Shown: piece after piece, positions 38,196 through 47,988 of the stretch
How positions within the stretch are numbered: the first letter of the stretch is position 1
How the letters are laid out: each line of letters begins with the position of its first letter
IMG/VR virus record: IMGVR_UViG_3300022602_000003
Coordinates: 1-64,000 of that record
Length of the DNA stretch: 64,000 nt
Direction: 5' to 3' (one strand)
Source of the DNA: a virus
Position numbers and translations under genes: made by a program
Notes under the pieces: model-generated
The model's input: only the letters and a program-made list of their open reading frames with translations
Databases searched by the model: none
What the model was told of the DNA's origin: nothing

Positions 38196-39698
38196 CTAAT
38201 CAATCCTTTTCGAGCAATGCGGGCAAGCAGTTCTGCCCTCTTCTAAGAAGCCCTTACCGCAACCGAGACAAGTAATAATTCCATATGCTGCATTCCAGTC
38301 CATGTGAGCTGGAGCACCAAAAGAAAGAACAACGGCGTCTGCTAAGTCAGGCGACGTCATTCCTCGCTTACGCATATCTTCTTTACTTTCAATAATGATT
38401 CTGCCTCGACTGTCAATCTTGAACTGGAGACTTGCAAGTTCTGAAACTAAGTCTTCATCGTTTTCGTCGATGTCAAGTTCTCCGCGTTCTAGAGTTTCTC
38501 GAAGATTCCAGTACCATTCTGCTCGACTGTTTGCAAATGTGACATAGTCACGCGGTCGAGAAGAAGCAATCATCGCAAAGACAGGTTCGCCCTCTTCGGC
38601 AAGCCTGTCATACACTCCACCTCCAACACCCACCGTGTCAATTGCTGCTAGTTCAACATTGTGCTGTTTGATATATCGTTTGACATATCCAGCAGTTTCC
38701 ATTGTGTCATTTCCAGTAACACAGTGGATGATTCTGACTTTTCCACCTCGTCGAAGAGCCATTACAGTTCTGTCGCTACCAAATCGAGCAACGTCAACTC
38801 CCAGACGTGGATGGTCTTCTTCTGGAGTAACTTCAATATCTCGACGTTGCGCTTCAAAAAGAAGTGGAAGAGGCAAAAGCGCCGTCGCACTTTGCTGTGG
38901 GAACAAGCCTAAAACTTTTGACTGCCAGAACGGGTGGTCTTCTCCCCACTTCTTTTTCTTTTCTTCTACCCAGGTCGGTGAGATAAGCAAGTCACGAACT
39001 GCTTCTGGAACTTCTTCACCTGTAAAGTTAGGCGAGTCAAAAGCACTGATACGAATTTTGTTCCAGTCAGTTCCAGGACGACAAATCTTTGCAAATTCAC
39101 TTGTTGGGTCGTCTGGGTTACCAATTGCAAGAATGCGAGATGATTCGTTTGGAATCAAGGTGTCGGCTGCGTCCCAAAGAGATTCAGGAACTCCACACGC
39201 CTCGTCAAGTACTACAAGTACATATCGTGCGTGGATACCCTGGAATGCGGTAGGAGAGTAGTCACTTGGCTTTCGACCAAAGCCTACAAGTTCTTTTCCA
39301 ATCTTCCACTCAGTCTCATTTGTGTATCCAGGAAGATTTCCCTTTGCGTGCGCCTTACCGATTTCACGCCAAAGAATTGCTCGTACCTGTTGGAATGTCG
39401 GTGCTGAAGTAACCACGAATGCTTCACCTGGAGGGTGAGCGCTAATCCACCAGCAAATCAAACGAGAAGCGATGTAAGACTTACCAACGTCGTGGCAACT
39501 TTGAACAGCAGTGCGTCGATTGTCACGAACAGACATTGCGATTTCTCTTTGCTTGCTCCACGGTGTTTCGTCAAGAACTTCACGAATCCAGACGACTGGG
39601 TCCGAAGCGATTTCTCGCTGCTTCTTTTCATACTCAATTCTTGATGCTGCAATGTCAAAAGCTGAAGCGCGTTGTTTTTGTGGTGCGCTATTTTCCAA
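38196..39698 (-). CDS. terL: terminase large subunit
   Basis: SCHDVGKS (Walker A variant), VVLDEA (Walker B), IGNP, GVDVARFGSD and SPDLADA nuclease motifs; C-terminal zinc ribbon. Confidence 0.95.
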   Translation of the reverse strand: MENSAPQKQRASAFDIAASRIEYEKKQREIASDPVVWIREVLDETPWSKQREIAMSVRDNRRTAVQSCHDVGKSYIASRLICWWISAHPPGEAFVVTSAPTFQQVRAILWREIGKAHAKGNLPGYTNETEWKIGKELVGFGRKPSDYSPTAFQGIHARYVLVVLDEACGVPESLWDAADTLIPNESSRILAIGNPDDPTSEFAKICRPGTDWNKIRISAFDSPNFTGEEVPEAVRDLLISPTWVEEKKKKWGEDHPFWQSKVLGLFPQQSATALLPLPLLFEAQRRDIEVTPEEDHPRLGVDVARFGSDRTVMALRRGGKVRIIHCVTGNDTMETAGYVKRYIKQHNVELAAIDTVGVGGGVYDRLAEEGEPVFAMIASSRPRDYVTFANSRAEWYWNLRETLERGELDIDENDEDLVSELASLQFKIDSRGRIIIESKEDMRKRGMTSPDLADAVVLSFGAPAHMDWNAAYGIITCLGCGKGFLEEGRTACPHCSKRID

Positions 39699-40254
39699 GT
39701 GCTCGAAGCTCCTTAATTGCTGTTTCTTCTGCCTTGACTCTTTGCTCTTCTGAAAGCTCGGCAGAAAGAAGAGTTCTACGAATTACGTCTAGAATCATCG
39801 CTGCTTTTGCTTCTTCAATTCGTGTAAGTCGCTCATCAATGTTTAGTCTCGACCATTCAATAAGTAATTTACCTGCTCGGTCAAGGCTTCGTTCGTACAA
39901 AGCGACTTCTGCTCGAAGTTGCTCACCAGAGCGACCTTCATAACGGTACTCGCCTCTAAGCTTAGCAACTTGTTCAGCGCAGAAATCTTTGTAGAGAAGT
40001 ACTTCACTTACGAGGTAAGCAAGTTCTTCAAGAGGGTTCTCGACCTTTGCTCCAGAGATTTCATGAAACGCGAGGTCTTTACCGTGGACAAGCGCAATGT
40101 CAGCGACAGACGCATTTTGCAAATGAGTATAGCAAAATGGATATCCAGGAACTACTCGTGTTTTGCATCGACGCCCTGTAGCAGATTGCTTAGCACAAAT
40201 TAAATCAACTACATCAGTTTCGACAGGTTCTGTGTTATCACGTTCTTCTGTCAT
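39688..40254 (-). CDS. terminase small subunit-like protein
   Basis: Immediately upstream of terL; C..GRRC..FCYTH motif plus a helical C-terminus. Confidence 0.65.
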   Translation of the reverse strand: MTEERDNTEPVETDVVDLICAKQSATGRRCKTRVVPGYPFCYTHLQNASVADIALVHGKDLAFHEISGAKVENPLEELAYLVSEVLLYKDFCAEQVAKLRGEYRYEGRSGEQLRAEVALYERSLDRAGKLLIEWSRLNIDERLTRIEEAKAAMILDVIRRTLLSAELSEEQRVKAEETAIKELRALGK

Positions 40255-40276
40255 AAAATGATTCTAATATCAAATC

Positions 40277-40522
40277 TTAGTTGTCTTCATCCGGGACAAT
40301 GTGTACTTCGACTTTTGCTTTTAGAGCGCGCGCAATTTTTTCAAGATTTCTCCAGGTAGGCACGTGCGTACCCTTTTCAATTCGACTAATCAAAGGTTGT
40401 CGAGCTCCAATAGTTCGAGCAACCTCAGATTGCGAGAGCTCACGGTCAATTCGAAGAGTCTTAATCTCTTGTCCGATATTCTTTACTGCTTCTTGTAATT
40501 CGTCAGAGTCCCTTGTTGTCAT
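40277..40522 (-). CDS. XRE-family HTH regulator
   Basis: LSQSEVA..Q..ISRIEKG..PT..LEKIA motif. Confidence 0.9.
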   Translation of the reverse strand: MTTRDSDELQEAVKNIGQEIKTLRIDRELSQSEVARTIGARQPLISRIEKGTHVPTWRNLEKIARALKAKVEVHIVPDEDN

Positions 40523-40612
40523 AGGCCTTCACTTTCAGGATAATAGTTTCTATCATAACAAATATTTGCGCGTCTTAGAAGGCGTTCTAGATACCTCATT
40601 GAGCTTATAGAA

Positions 40613-41011
40613 TTAGCTCTTAACCAATTCATTAAGCTTACTGGCGACTAACCGCGTGAAGAACACGGTTTCACCAGATGAGTTGCGGGCAACAATTGGG
40701 TACTTGTTTCGAGAAAGAGCGAGTCCAATGAATGTGAACTTCTCTCCATTGACTTCAAACTCAGTCCCAAGCAATCCACCGTTTAAGTCATATGCCTTGT
40801 GAAATTGAGTGTACGCCATTGCTTCCTGACTTGAAAGATTAACTCCGTTTTCGTCAAGATTCTCCATCGAGGCTTCGAGCTTAATTGAATAACTAATCCC
40901 ATATCTGGCAGACGCCTTTGGCGTCTCTAGACCGTGTGACTTAAAGATTGCTTCAACCGCTGCTTTAATCTCTTCAGTGATTTCTTTTGCTTGTTGCTTT
41001 GTGACTTCCAT
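40613..41011 (-). CDS. hypothetical protein
   Basis: 132-aa ORF with SD GGAGG. Confidence 0.7.
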   Translation of the reverse strand: MEVTKQQAKEITEEIKAAVEAIFKSHGLETPKASARYGISYSIKLEASMENLDENGVNLSSQEAMAYTQFHKAYDLNGGLLGTEFEVNGEKFTFIGLALSRNKYPIVARNSSGETVFFTRLVASKLNELVKS

Positions 41012-41059
41012 CGTTGCCCTCCTAGGCTGTACATTTCTTTTAGCGTTTTTGTGGGTTTA

Positions 41060-41413
41060 CTAGACTACTGGATGCCCGAGCTTCTGCATCAAGATGAAAT
41101 CTTCATATGAGTACATCTTGCCGTTGAACACAATCGTTTGCTCAGAGTGATTCAAGTAAATGACAGTATCTGCATCTCCAGCCTCTGAAACTCCAATGCC
41201 GTATCCAGTCTCTTCATCAACGTTGCCCTTAAGCATCTCACAGAAGATAATGCGGTTAAGGTAAGGTTCGTCATCCCAGCGATTGCGTCCTGGACGTGAG
41301 TCAAGTGCCTTCGCAAGAATGCTTGGCAAATCACTTCCAGTCCAGTGTGTGTACAAGACAATTTGCTTGTGGTCTCGCTTAGACCTCAATACAATGTTTC
41401 CACGGTCTCCCAT
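41060..41413 (-). CDS. hypothetical phage protein
   Basis: MGDRGNI..LYTHW motif; SD AAGGAG. Confidence 0.7.
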   Translation of the reverse strand: MGDRGNIVLRSKRDHKQIVLYTHWTGSDLPSILAKALDSRPGRNRWDDEPYLNRIIFCEMLKGNVDEETGYGIGVSEAGDADTVIYLNHSEQTIVFNGKMYSYEDFILMQKLGHPVV

Positions 41414-41428
41414 GATTTTCTCCTTTGT

Positions 41429-41596
41429 TTATTTGAAACCTTTTGACATTACTTCATTACACATTCTTTTGACTTGGCTACCGGTGACTTGGTCCCACTG
41501 AAAACTAAACTCATTTTCAATTGCCAAGCGCAACCGGTCTGCTTCTGCAAACGAGCAGTTCATCACTGCCGCGATGCCTTTTGTCCAAACTTCCAT
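41429..41596 (-). CDS. 55-aa hypothetical protein, apparent paralog of 45763..45951
   Basis: Translated by hand; SD GAAAGGA; shares a CS...A.RL...W...T pattern. Confidence 0.55.
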   Translation of the reverse strand: MEVWTKGIAAVMNCSFAEADRLRLAIENEFSFQWDQVTGSQVKRMCNEVMSKGFK

Positions 41597-41608
41597 ACTT
41601 TTCCTTTC

Positions 41609-41815
41609 CTAAGAGAGCAAGTCTTGCTCGAGCACTACATCAAACCACTTATTTACAACTTGAATCAAGTTGTTGTAATCGCTCTTCGTTGCTTCTTCAA
41701 AGAACTCCTTGACATCTCCTTCAAGGTTGTTCCTCTTTAGCACGTTTTGGCATCGACCAAGAATTGCGTATGCATTCCCGTCGCCAAGAAGAACCGTTAG
41801 TCCCGTCTTACTCAT
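41609..41815 (-). CDS. hypothetical phage protein
   Basis: DGNAYAILG..DYNNLI..V..W motif; SD GGAGG. Confidence 0.7.
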   Translation of the reverse strand: MSKTGLTVLLGDGNAYAILGRCQNVLKRNNLEGDVKEFFEEATKSDYNNLIQVVNKWFDVVLEQDLLS

Positions 41816-41818
41816 TCA

Positions 41819-42139
41819 TCACACCCCCTCCCCAATCGCTACGAGGATTGCCGCATCGTTGTACGCATCCCATTCAATTCCATCAGGCATGTAGAACGGC
41901 TTGCGTGGCTCGGGAGCTGGCAGGCCAGCGTCCTTAAAGAGCCAGTGCATTTCTTCGTTCCAGTCTCCGTAAAGCATCTGTGGCCATTCGCTTGGGCCGT
42001 CTTCCCAGATGATGACTCGCGCATCTTCGCGCATGTCGTACTTCTTGATGATTGGCTGGGCCTTACCGACCTCCAGGCCTTCAAAGTACTTCACGAGCTT
42101 TTTCGCGATGACTTCGGCTTGCTTCTCAATGTTCGGCAT
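41819..42139 (-). CDS. hypothetical protein
   Basis: ATG 42139 forms a TAATG overlap; IIWEDGPSEW motif. Confidence 0.65.
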   Translation of the reverse strand: MPNIEKQAEVIAKKLVKYFEGLEVGKAQPIIKKYDMREDARVIIWEDGPSEWPQMLYGDWNEEMHWLFKDAGLPAPEPRKPFYMPDGIEWDAYNDAAILVAIGEGV

Positions 42140-42300
42140 TACTTCTTCCCCTTTGCTATGTTTTGTTGATTCTTGCGGATGCACTTTCCGCAGATTTTGA
42201 CTCTGGTAAATGCTACCAGCAAATCATTTTCGTTACCGCACTGAACGCACTTGGCGTCTAAGGCGACTGCTCCGGCTTCCCGGGCGCCCATCTCTTCCAT
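42139..42300 (-). CDS. 53-aa zinc-finger protein
   Basis: Translated by hand: CVQC...ICGKC; SD GAGG; first gene after the promoter at 42343. Confidence 0.6.
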   Translation of the reverse strand: MEEMGAREAGAVALDAKCVQCGNENDLLVAFTRVKICGKCIRKNQQNIAKGKK

Positions 42301-42342
42301 GCTGCCTCTCTTTCTGGAGGGCCAACTGCAACCTCCACTATA

Positions 42343-42371
42343 ACTATATCACACATGTGCACACTTGTACA
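42343..42371 (-). promoter_or_regulatory. early-type promoter, repeat copy 1
   Basis: TGTACA-17 nt-TATAGT with extended TG. Confidence 0.7.
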
Positions 42372-42398
42372 ATCTATTTTTCAAGAATTTTTAGGGGG

Positions 42399-42452
42399 TC
42401 CGGGGGAGTCGCAGGGTGAAAGGAGGGAAACTCCCTGCGCACTCCCGCCGGA
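42399..42452. ncRNA. candidate structured RNA: long GC-rich hairpin with an anti-SD loop on - (SD loop on +)
   Basis: Stem TCCGG-G-GGGAGT-CGCAGGG / CCCTGCG-C-ACTCCC-G-CCGGA; the - strand loop contains CCTCCTTTC. Confidence 0.4.
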
Positions 42453-42679
42453 AGGGGTACCGTCAAAAAGTAAAGTGTGTGCGAACTTTACTTAGTGTAA
42501 GGAGCGACAAGGACCCCATTCAAGATTTTTCATCGAAAAATCTTCAATGCGATTCTCGGCATCGCCTTATGGTAGTTATTTTATTTAGTGCCTCAAGTAG
42601 AAAAATCAACTAATGCGATGCGGTGGACTTTTCACTTTGACGCTGGCGAATTCCAGCGCCAAAGCGAAAAAAGTCAAGA

Positions 42680-43054
42680 CTACTTCTTAGGAGTAGTAGC
42701 CTTCTTTGCCGTGGTCTTTGCGGCAGTACCAGTCTTAGTAGGCTTAGCCAACTTAGTGACCTCTTTCGCAGCAGCAGCCTCGACCGCAGGCGCAACTTGC
42801 TTTACAGCTCCAGCGATGGTTCCATTCAAGTCATACTGCGGAGTCGCAGGGATGCCGAGAAGTCGACCAAGCTTAGGGTACTTCTGCTCGAGTCCGTGCA
42901 CTAGCAAGTAGTACGCAGCCGAGATGATAGGAGCAAGAACAAGAGTAACGCTTGCGCTAGTCGTGTGAACTCCTGCTTTGATGAGCAAAGCAACAACGTA
43001 ACCAACAACAATTGGAGTCACAGTTCTTACAGTGCTCGTAGAAAAGTTAGACAT
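42680..43054 (-). CDS. holin-like membrane protein with a Lys/Ala/Thr-rich tail
   Basis: Two TM helices; VRTVTPIVVG and YYLLV..LE..P.LGRLLG..P.Y pattern. Confidence 0.6.
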   Translation of the reverse strand: MSNFSTSTVRTVTPIVVGYVVALLIKAGVHTTSASVTLVLAPIISAAYYLLVHGLEQKYPKLGRLLGIPATPQYDLNGTIAGAVKQVAPAVEAAAAKEVTKLAKPTKTGTAAKTTAKKATTPKK

Positions 43055-43562
43055 TTGTCTTCTTTCTACTCATGCTAGACCCGAGTTGGTCTAGACTTTT
43101 CCATTCCAATGATTCACTTAATGTTTGTGATTCACTGATAGGCTCTGGCCAGAAGTACTCGAGGTCATCTGGCACATCGATAAAGAACTTGCTGTAGTGC
43201 TCGGGCAACTTACGAATCAAATTGCTTTGGTGTGAGCGGTGAAACTGCTCGTTGCCGAGCCATGCTGGCTTGATTACGCGAACTTCGCCTTTGTAATTGT
43301 CTAGCAAAGCAAATGACTTTTCAAGGCACGTGTCTTTGTAGCCGCGACCAGTCCACTCGCTGCAAATTGCAACTTGGTAGTCAAGCAAAGTGACAAGGTG
43401 GCCTCGCCACATTTTGACTGCTGGGTGACTTTGCCAGCCGTAGTCTGGAGTTGTCAGAGCTTTTAAGACTTGAAGAGTCTCAACTCGTTGTTTGCCAAGT
43501 CGTTTCATATCAAGCACTTTAGCAGATGCTTGAAAATCTTCGTATGGTAAAAATGTTTGCAC
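43047..43562 (-). CDS. MSMEG_6728-family pyrimidine-dimer DNA glycosylase-like protein
   Basis: MQTFLPY, RLGKQRVE, HPAVKMW and SHQSNL motifs. Confidence 0.85.
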   Translation of the reverse strand: MQTFLPYEDFQASAKVLDMKRLGKQRVETLQVLKALTTPDYGWQSHPAVKMWRGHLVTLLDYQVAICSEWTGRGYKDTCLEKSFALLDNYKGEVRVIKPAWLGNEQFHRSHQSNLIRKLPEHYSKFFIDVPDDLEYFWPEPISESQTLSESLEWKSLDQLGSSMSRKKTNV

Positions 43563-43568
43563 GTTGTC

Positions 43569-43967
43569 CTACCTTTTCTGTTTTGATAAAGCTATTTTAT
43601 TCTTTTCTTTGATTCGTTCTATTCTTTTTATTTCTCTTTTTGCGCCAAGCTCAGTCACTTTCTTTTTCCAAGCGACACCGTGTCCACTATTCGGACAAAG
43701 GATATGCGCATATTCATGAATAAGAGTTGATGTCGGTCTACCTGTCGGCGTCAACACATCTTTTGGTTCTATGATACAAATCCAGCCAAACCAGGGGTCT
43801 TTTGTGTCATTATGAGCGTGTGCTGCGGCATCTTCCCAGATTCCCCAAGCAACTCGTTCGTCAATGCAAGCGCCGACAAAGATGCCCCAAACGACACCAT
43901 CCTCGTCATTGAGACCGAGGTCGGTAGCGTGATATGGGTTCCCTGAGACAATCTTTGGCTTTGTCAT
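43569..43967 (-). CDS. SprT-like zinc metalloprotease
   Basis: TLIHEYAH....GHG..W motif. Confidence 0.6.
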   Translation of the reverse strand: MTKPKIVSGNPYHATDLGLNDEDGVVWGIFVGACIDERVAWGIWEDAAAHAHNDTKDPWFGWICIIEPKDVLTPTGRPTSTLIHEYAHILCPNSGHGVAWKKKVTELGAKREIKRIERIKEKNKIALSKQKR

Positions 43968-43987
43968 AGAAATGAATCATATCATCA

Positions 43988-46417
43988 CTACTTAGTAACG
44001 CACCAAATTGCGTAGCAGAAGAACAAAAGCGCCCCAAAAGCAAGGCTTGAAAAAATAGTTGAGAAAATCGCTTCTTCTAAGTCAAAAGAGCGAGACTCCC
44101 AAAACTTGAAGCAAACTCCCGCCCAAGCGACAATTGAAACAAGTATTCCTATGAATCTAAACAAATGCATTACTTTCTCCTAATCAACATTACAAAAAGC
44201 CAAGCCGTAAGAACTACAAAGAACGCCATCATTTACCGTAGAACGAAATGTGAAGCTCAAAAAACAAAATGCGCAAAGTAAACTCTTGCGCGCCACTAAG
44301 TCTAAAGAGCAAGCCGAACCCACAATTGCGCCAGTCCCAAAGAACCCAGCCTTCATACTTACCTCTACGGTAAAAGTCTTTGACGTACTCAGACTTCATC
44401 TCTGGCCCTCTCTGTCTATTCTTCTCCATTGAGCCTCTCGATGTATCGTGTTAAAGATTCCTGAGATAGCAAGAAACACAAAGCGAATTACCCAAACAAG
44501 TATGAAGAACTTCGCGCCTGTTATTAAGCCATCGAAAAGCGATGTAGTGACACCTGTTCCCGCATGTAGTTTACGAAAGAAAACCACAATGAGCGTCAAA
44601 AAGTAGAACGCTCGTGATAAACGAAAAAATCTTTTTGTTGTCATATTCCTCCTGCTAAAACTCTAACCCAAACATCACTATCGGGCGATACTTTTTCTCG
44701 ATTTCTTTTGAGAGCCGTAAGACTTCGCTCCAAGTGAATGCAATTTCAATTGGCTCAGACTCATAGTAGCATTCGCATGTCTGGAGGTCCCACTTGCCCT
44801 TACAGTCACAGTAAAAGATTTCCCAATGGGTGAACTTACCAAAGCCTTCGTCTTCGTATGTCGGCCAAATGACGCAATGATGAATGCGTCGAATTGGCTT
44901 TGGCTTGATGTCTTGAAGTTTAGACATAATCAATCCAGCCGTAGACCATCACGTGTTGCTCGTCAACCTTGACCGCGTTAATGCCTTGCTTACGAAGCCA
45001 GTCTGCGACTTCTCTGAGCTCTCGTTCGAGGAAGTAGTGGTTGACCTCGCGGCCGTCGTCTCGCTTCCAAACGATGCTGATGGCTCCTTGTCGAAGTTCC
45101 TCGACTTCGTAGCCAGACCTTTCGCCAAGCTCGAAGAGCACATCTCCAATGTACATGTTGTCAAGTACATCTTGAACGCTTATCTCTCTTACATCCATGT
45201 TTTCTCCTTTGTTTCTACTAGCGCAAGCCAGCGGCTTGCTTGGCTTCCTTGAGCGAGAAGAACGAGCTTTGGTATTGCCCGCACCAGCGCAAATCCCACA
45301 TCCCAGGTTCGCTTGCGTCTTTCCAGATTTCGTAGCCGAACTCTCGGCTACGATAAACTCCGGCACATTCGCGAATCCAGTTTGCTTGACTCATTAATTT
45401 ACCTCCACGCATTGGAAGAACTTGAACTCGTTCATCCAGCACTGGATGACTCCGGCTCGAACATCTTGGCCTTCGACTGCTTCGTTGTTTTCGTTTGCCG
45501 CAACCGCTTCGTTGATTTGGTCGAAGTAGCAGTCCTCGACGACCTGTTCGCGATTTTCGTATTCAACCGCATCCCAGATGTCTTGCATCCCCCTGTTGTA
45601 CCTGCCGAGGTCTCGGCATCCTTCTCGGTGAACGTGCCAGTAGAATTCTCCAGCACCTCCCACCACCACCAGCTTCTGGGCCATCTTCTCTCCTTTGCTC
45701 AGAATATCCCTACATAAAAATTATATCATGAATATGCACAAATGTAAAATACCCTAGCGCAATTAAAATACCTGCATTTCCATCTTCCAGACTTCGACGT
45801 TTTGCGCGAGCTCTTGCATCGTGATTTCGCTCCAGTCGACGTCGTCCCAGATGTCTGCGTGCTTGAACAATCTTTGAGCTTGAACGTCGCTGCACTGGAC
45901 AGCCTCTTGAATCATCTTCTCAAAAGCATTAAGTTGTACATTACTCATCACTTCACCTCCATGACTACGTATGTGAGTTCGACATTGTACTTATTCATGT
46001 GAGCGTCTACGCCGTTAGGCAGAAGATACTCAGACTTGGCTTCATGCTTGTTAGCAGCTCTTGCCGCTGACATTGCATGTATGAACCTGCGGCTTTTGTA
46101 GCCGCAGGAACATAATGCTTGGTAGCGAGTGACTGACTTCACTACTTTGACTCACTTTCGTAGACGTCGATGAAGTGCTTCTGTGCTTCTTCGAGCGTGT
46201 TGAACGAGATGTACTCGATGAAGTTGGGACCTCGTCCGTGAAGACGAACGGTGTACATTTCGCCTTCTCGTACGACTTGAATGATGTCCGCAAAGAACTT
46301 CTTGTTGTCGAATTCCTTGAGGTACCAGATGATGTAGTCCGGGCCTGTGTACACGTTGGAATTAAACTTCCAGTTGTAGTTGTACTCATTCATTTCGAAT
46401 GTATACGTCTTATTCAT
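43988..46417 (-). other. cluster of small coupled hypothetical genes (43988-44170, 44229-44399, 44396-44644, 44655-44927, 44920-45198, 45218-45394, 45394-45684, 45763-45951, 45948-46142, 46142-46417)
   Basis: Tightly packed - strand ORFs with SD motifs or stop/start overlaps; two are membrane-like. Confidence 0.6.
45720..45748 (-). promoter_or_regulatory. early-type promoter, repeat copy 2
   Basis: TTTACA-17 nt-TATAAT with extended TG. Confidence 0.75.
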
Positions 46418-46719
46418 TACTTCTCCTCCTTTGTAGGTGCTTCGGTCGTCTGGTCAAAGTGGAAGACCACGAAGGTGCGAGGTGCCATGCCCTTCTTTCC
46501 AGTCTCTTCGTTGATGGTCTCGATGAACTTCATGATTCGAGTTCCCTTCTCGCCCTTGCGAATCGAGCGTCCGGCGCCCTTCCACTGGTGGAAGCCCGCC
46601 CAGCCTCGCGAGGTGTCGAAGTCGTTTGCTTCGGCCGACAACTCGAGGACGAGAATGTTGCCACCTCGGTATTCGCGCTTGGTTACTTCATTGTATGGTG
46701 CTTGGAGCAGTGTGCTCAT
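46417..46719 (-). CDS. stand-alone ArdC N-terminal (ssDNA-binding)-like protein
   Basis: YN..T.REYRGGN...L, W.GF.QW...G..IRKGEKG and F.VFH.DQT motifs. Confidence 0.8.
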   Translation of the reverse strand: MSTLLQAPYNEVTKREYRGGNILVLELSAEANDFDTSRGWAGFHQWKGAGRSIRKGEKGTRIMKFIETINEETGKKGMAPRTFVVFHFDQTTEAPTKEEK

Positions 46720-46753
46720 TTTTTCCTCCTTACAGAAAAAACCTTACAAGACT

Positions 46754-46782
46754 ACTATATCATGAATTTGCACACTTGTACA
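46754..46782 (-). promoter_or_regulatory. early-type promoter, repeat copy 3
   Basis: TGTACA-17 nt-TATAGT with extended TG. Confidence 0.7.
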
Positions 46783-46794
46783 ATCATGCAAGAA

Positions 46795-47527
46795 TTATTT
46801 TTCGACAAATGAGAAACTATCTTCAGGTAGACTTAGCAGAACATGTCGCCCGTCTTGCAAGTGAACGCCGATGTGCCCAGTCTCATCTCCAAACAGGTTG
46901 ACGTAAGTTATTGTGGCAAGTGTTCCTGGCTCAACAGTTTTGTCGTCATGCACATTCTTAATTGAGATGAGTTTTCCGAAGTACTTCTCTTGAATCTTGT
47001 CCATCATTGCACCACAGTCACATTCTTAGGAGTTGTGGTTGGGCAGTGATTGCCACATCCTGGGTCTGGCAACTTGCTCGCCGCATATCCCATCATCGCG
47101 CCAAGCGTAAGCAAGATTGCGACAACGATGATTGTTGTAGCAATTCGTTGCAGCGTTCGCCGTATGCGTAGCTTTCGCTCGATGATTTGCGCATTCTTAA
47201 CCTTGTGTAGATACATTGAGTGGTCAATTTGCGGGTTCTCCTGGGCCTTGTAGGGCCTGTTTTCTTGACTCATTAGTTGGTTTCCTTTGCTATTAATTGA
47301 AGAAGAGTGCGTATGACTTTTTCTAGATTCTCGATTTCTTCTGTCTTGCTCCTAACTGATGCCGCCGCAACTTCGAAGCCACTTGATGCGATGGTCGACT
47401 CAAGATAGTTGTTCATTGTTTCAAGCGCACAACCTGTAAGGTCTTGCTGAAGTTTAAGGAGCGAGTCTTCTGCTTCCTTAAACGAGTCAAGTAGCCACTC
47501 AATTCTAAGATTAGGTATTGCATTCAT
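46795..47527 (-). other. three small genes: DUF4314-like (46795-47007), membrane protein (47004-47273), coiled-coil protein (47273-47527)
   Basis: Coupled ORFs; PGT.ATI..V...G.I.V...DG...L....D.F pattern in the first; a TM helix in the second. Confidence 0.55.
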
Positions 47528-47916
47528 TAGTTTCCTCCCATCATTTGCTCGAAGATGCTAATCTCAAGTTGTCGTGACATTGCAGTGACGTAGACGTTGC
47601 TGTAGTAGTAAGGCGTCAAAGACCCATCGTCCTCAAATCGAACATACTGCACCTTGCGCCAGCCTCCATCGCCATTCATGATTTCTTCCATGCTGGCGTT
47701 TTCATCCTTGTATATCGCGTTGAAAACTTCGAGAGCCTCTCTAAGGTCTTCCTCGTAGACTCTGTGGTTTTCTTCGTAGACGTTTACTGGGCCGTAGCCT
47801 GAACTGTGGACCTTGAACTTGACTCCAGGGAACTTTTGCTTAAGCACTGCCCGAACTTCGCGTGCAAGCTCTACATTCGAGATGCGCACGACTCGGTTGG
47901 TCTTTACTTCATCCAT
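47527..47916 (-). CDS. LPD29-like protein
   Basis: AREVRAVLKQKFPGVKFKVHS motif; SD AGGAGG. Confidence 0.55.
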   Translation of the reverse strand: MDEVKTNRVVRISNVELAREVRAVLKQKFPGVKFKVHSSGYGPVNVYEENHRVYEEDLREALEVFNAIYKDENASMEEIMNGDGGWRKVQYVRFEDDGSLTPYYYSNVYVTAMSRQLEISIFEQMMGGN

Positions 47917-47955
47917 CCTGGCCTCCTTTGCCGGTTGGTTTATCTTTACTAATTA

Positions 47956-47984
47956 ACTATATCACAAACATGCACACTTGTGAA
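47956..47984 (-). promoter_or_regulatory. early-type promoter, repeat copy 4
   Basis: TTCACA-17 nt-TATAGT with extended TG. Confidence 0.7.
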
Positions 47985-47988
47985 ATAT

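Noticed and set aside
38635-39261. 208-aa + strand ORF and similar antisense ORFs in the track
   Set aside because: These are shadows of well-supported - strand genes such as terL, with no recognisable motifs
42380-42680. tRNA or tmRNA in the intergenic regions
   Set aside because: I recognised no cloverleaf or T-loop consensus here or in other gaps; a tRNAscan-SE or ARAGORN run would confirm
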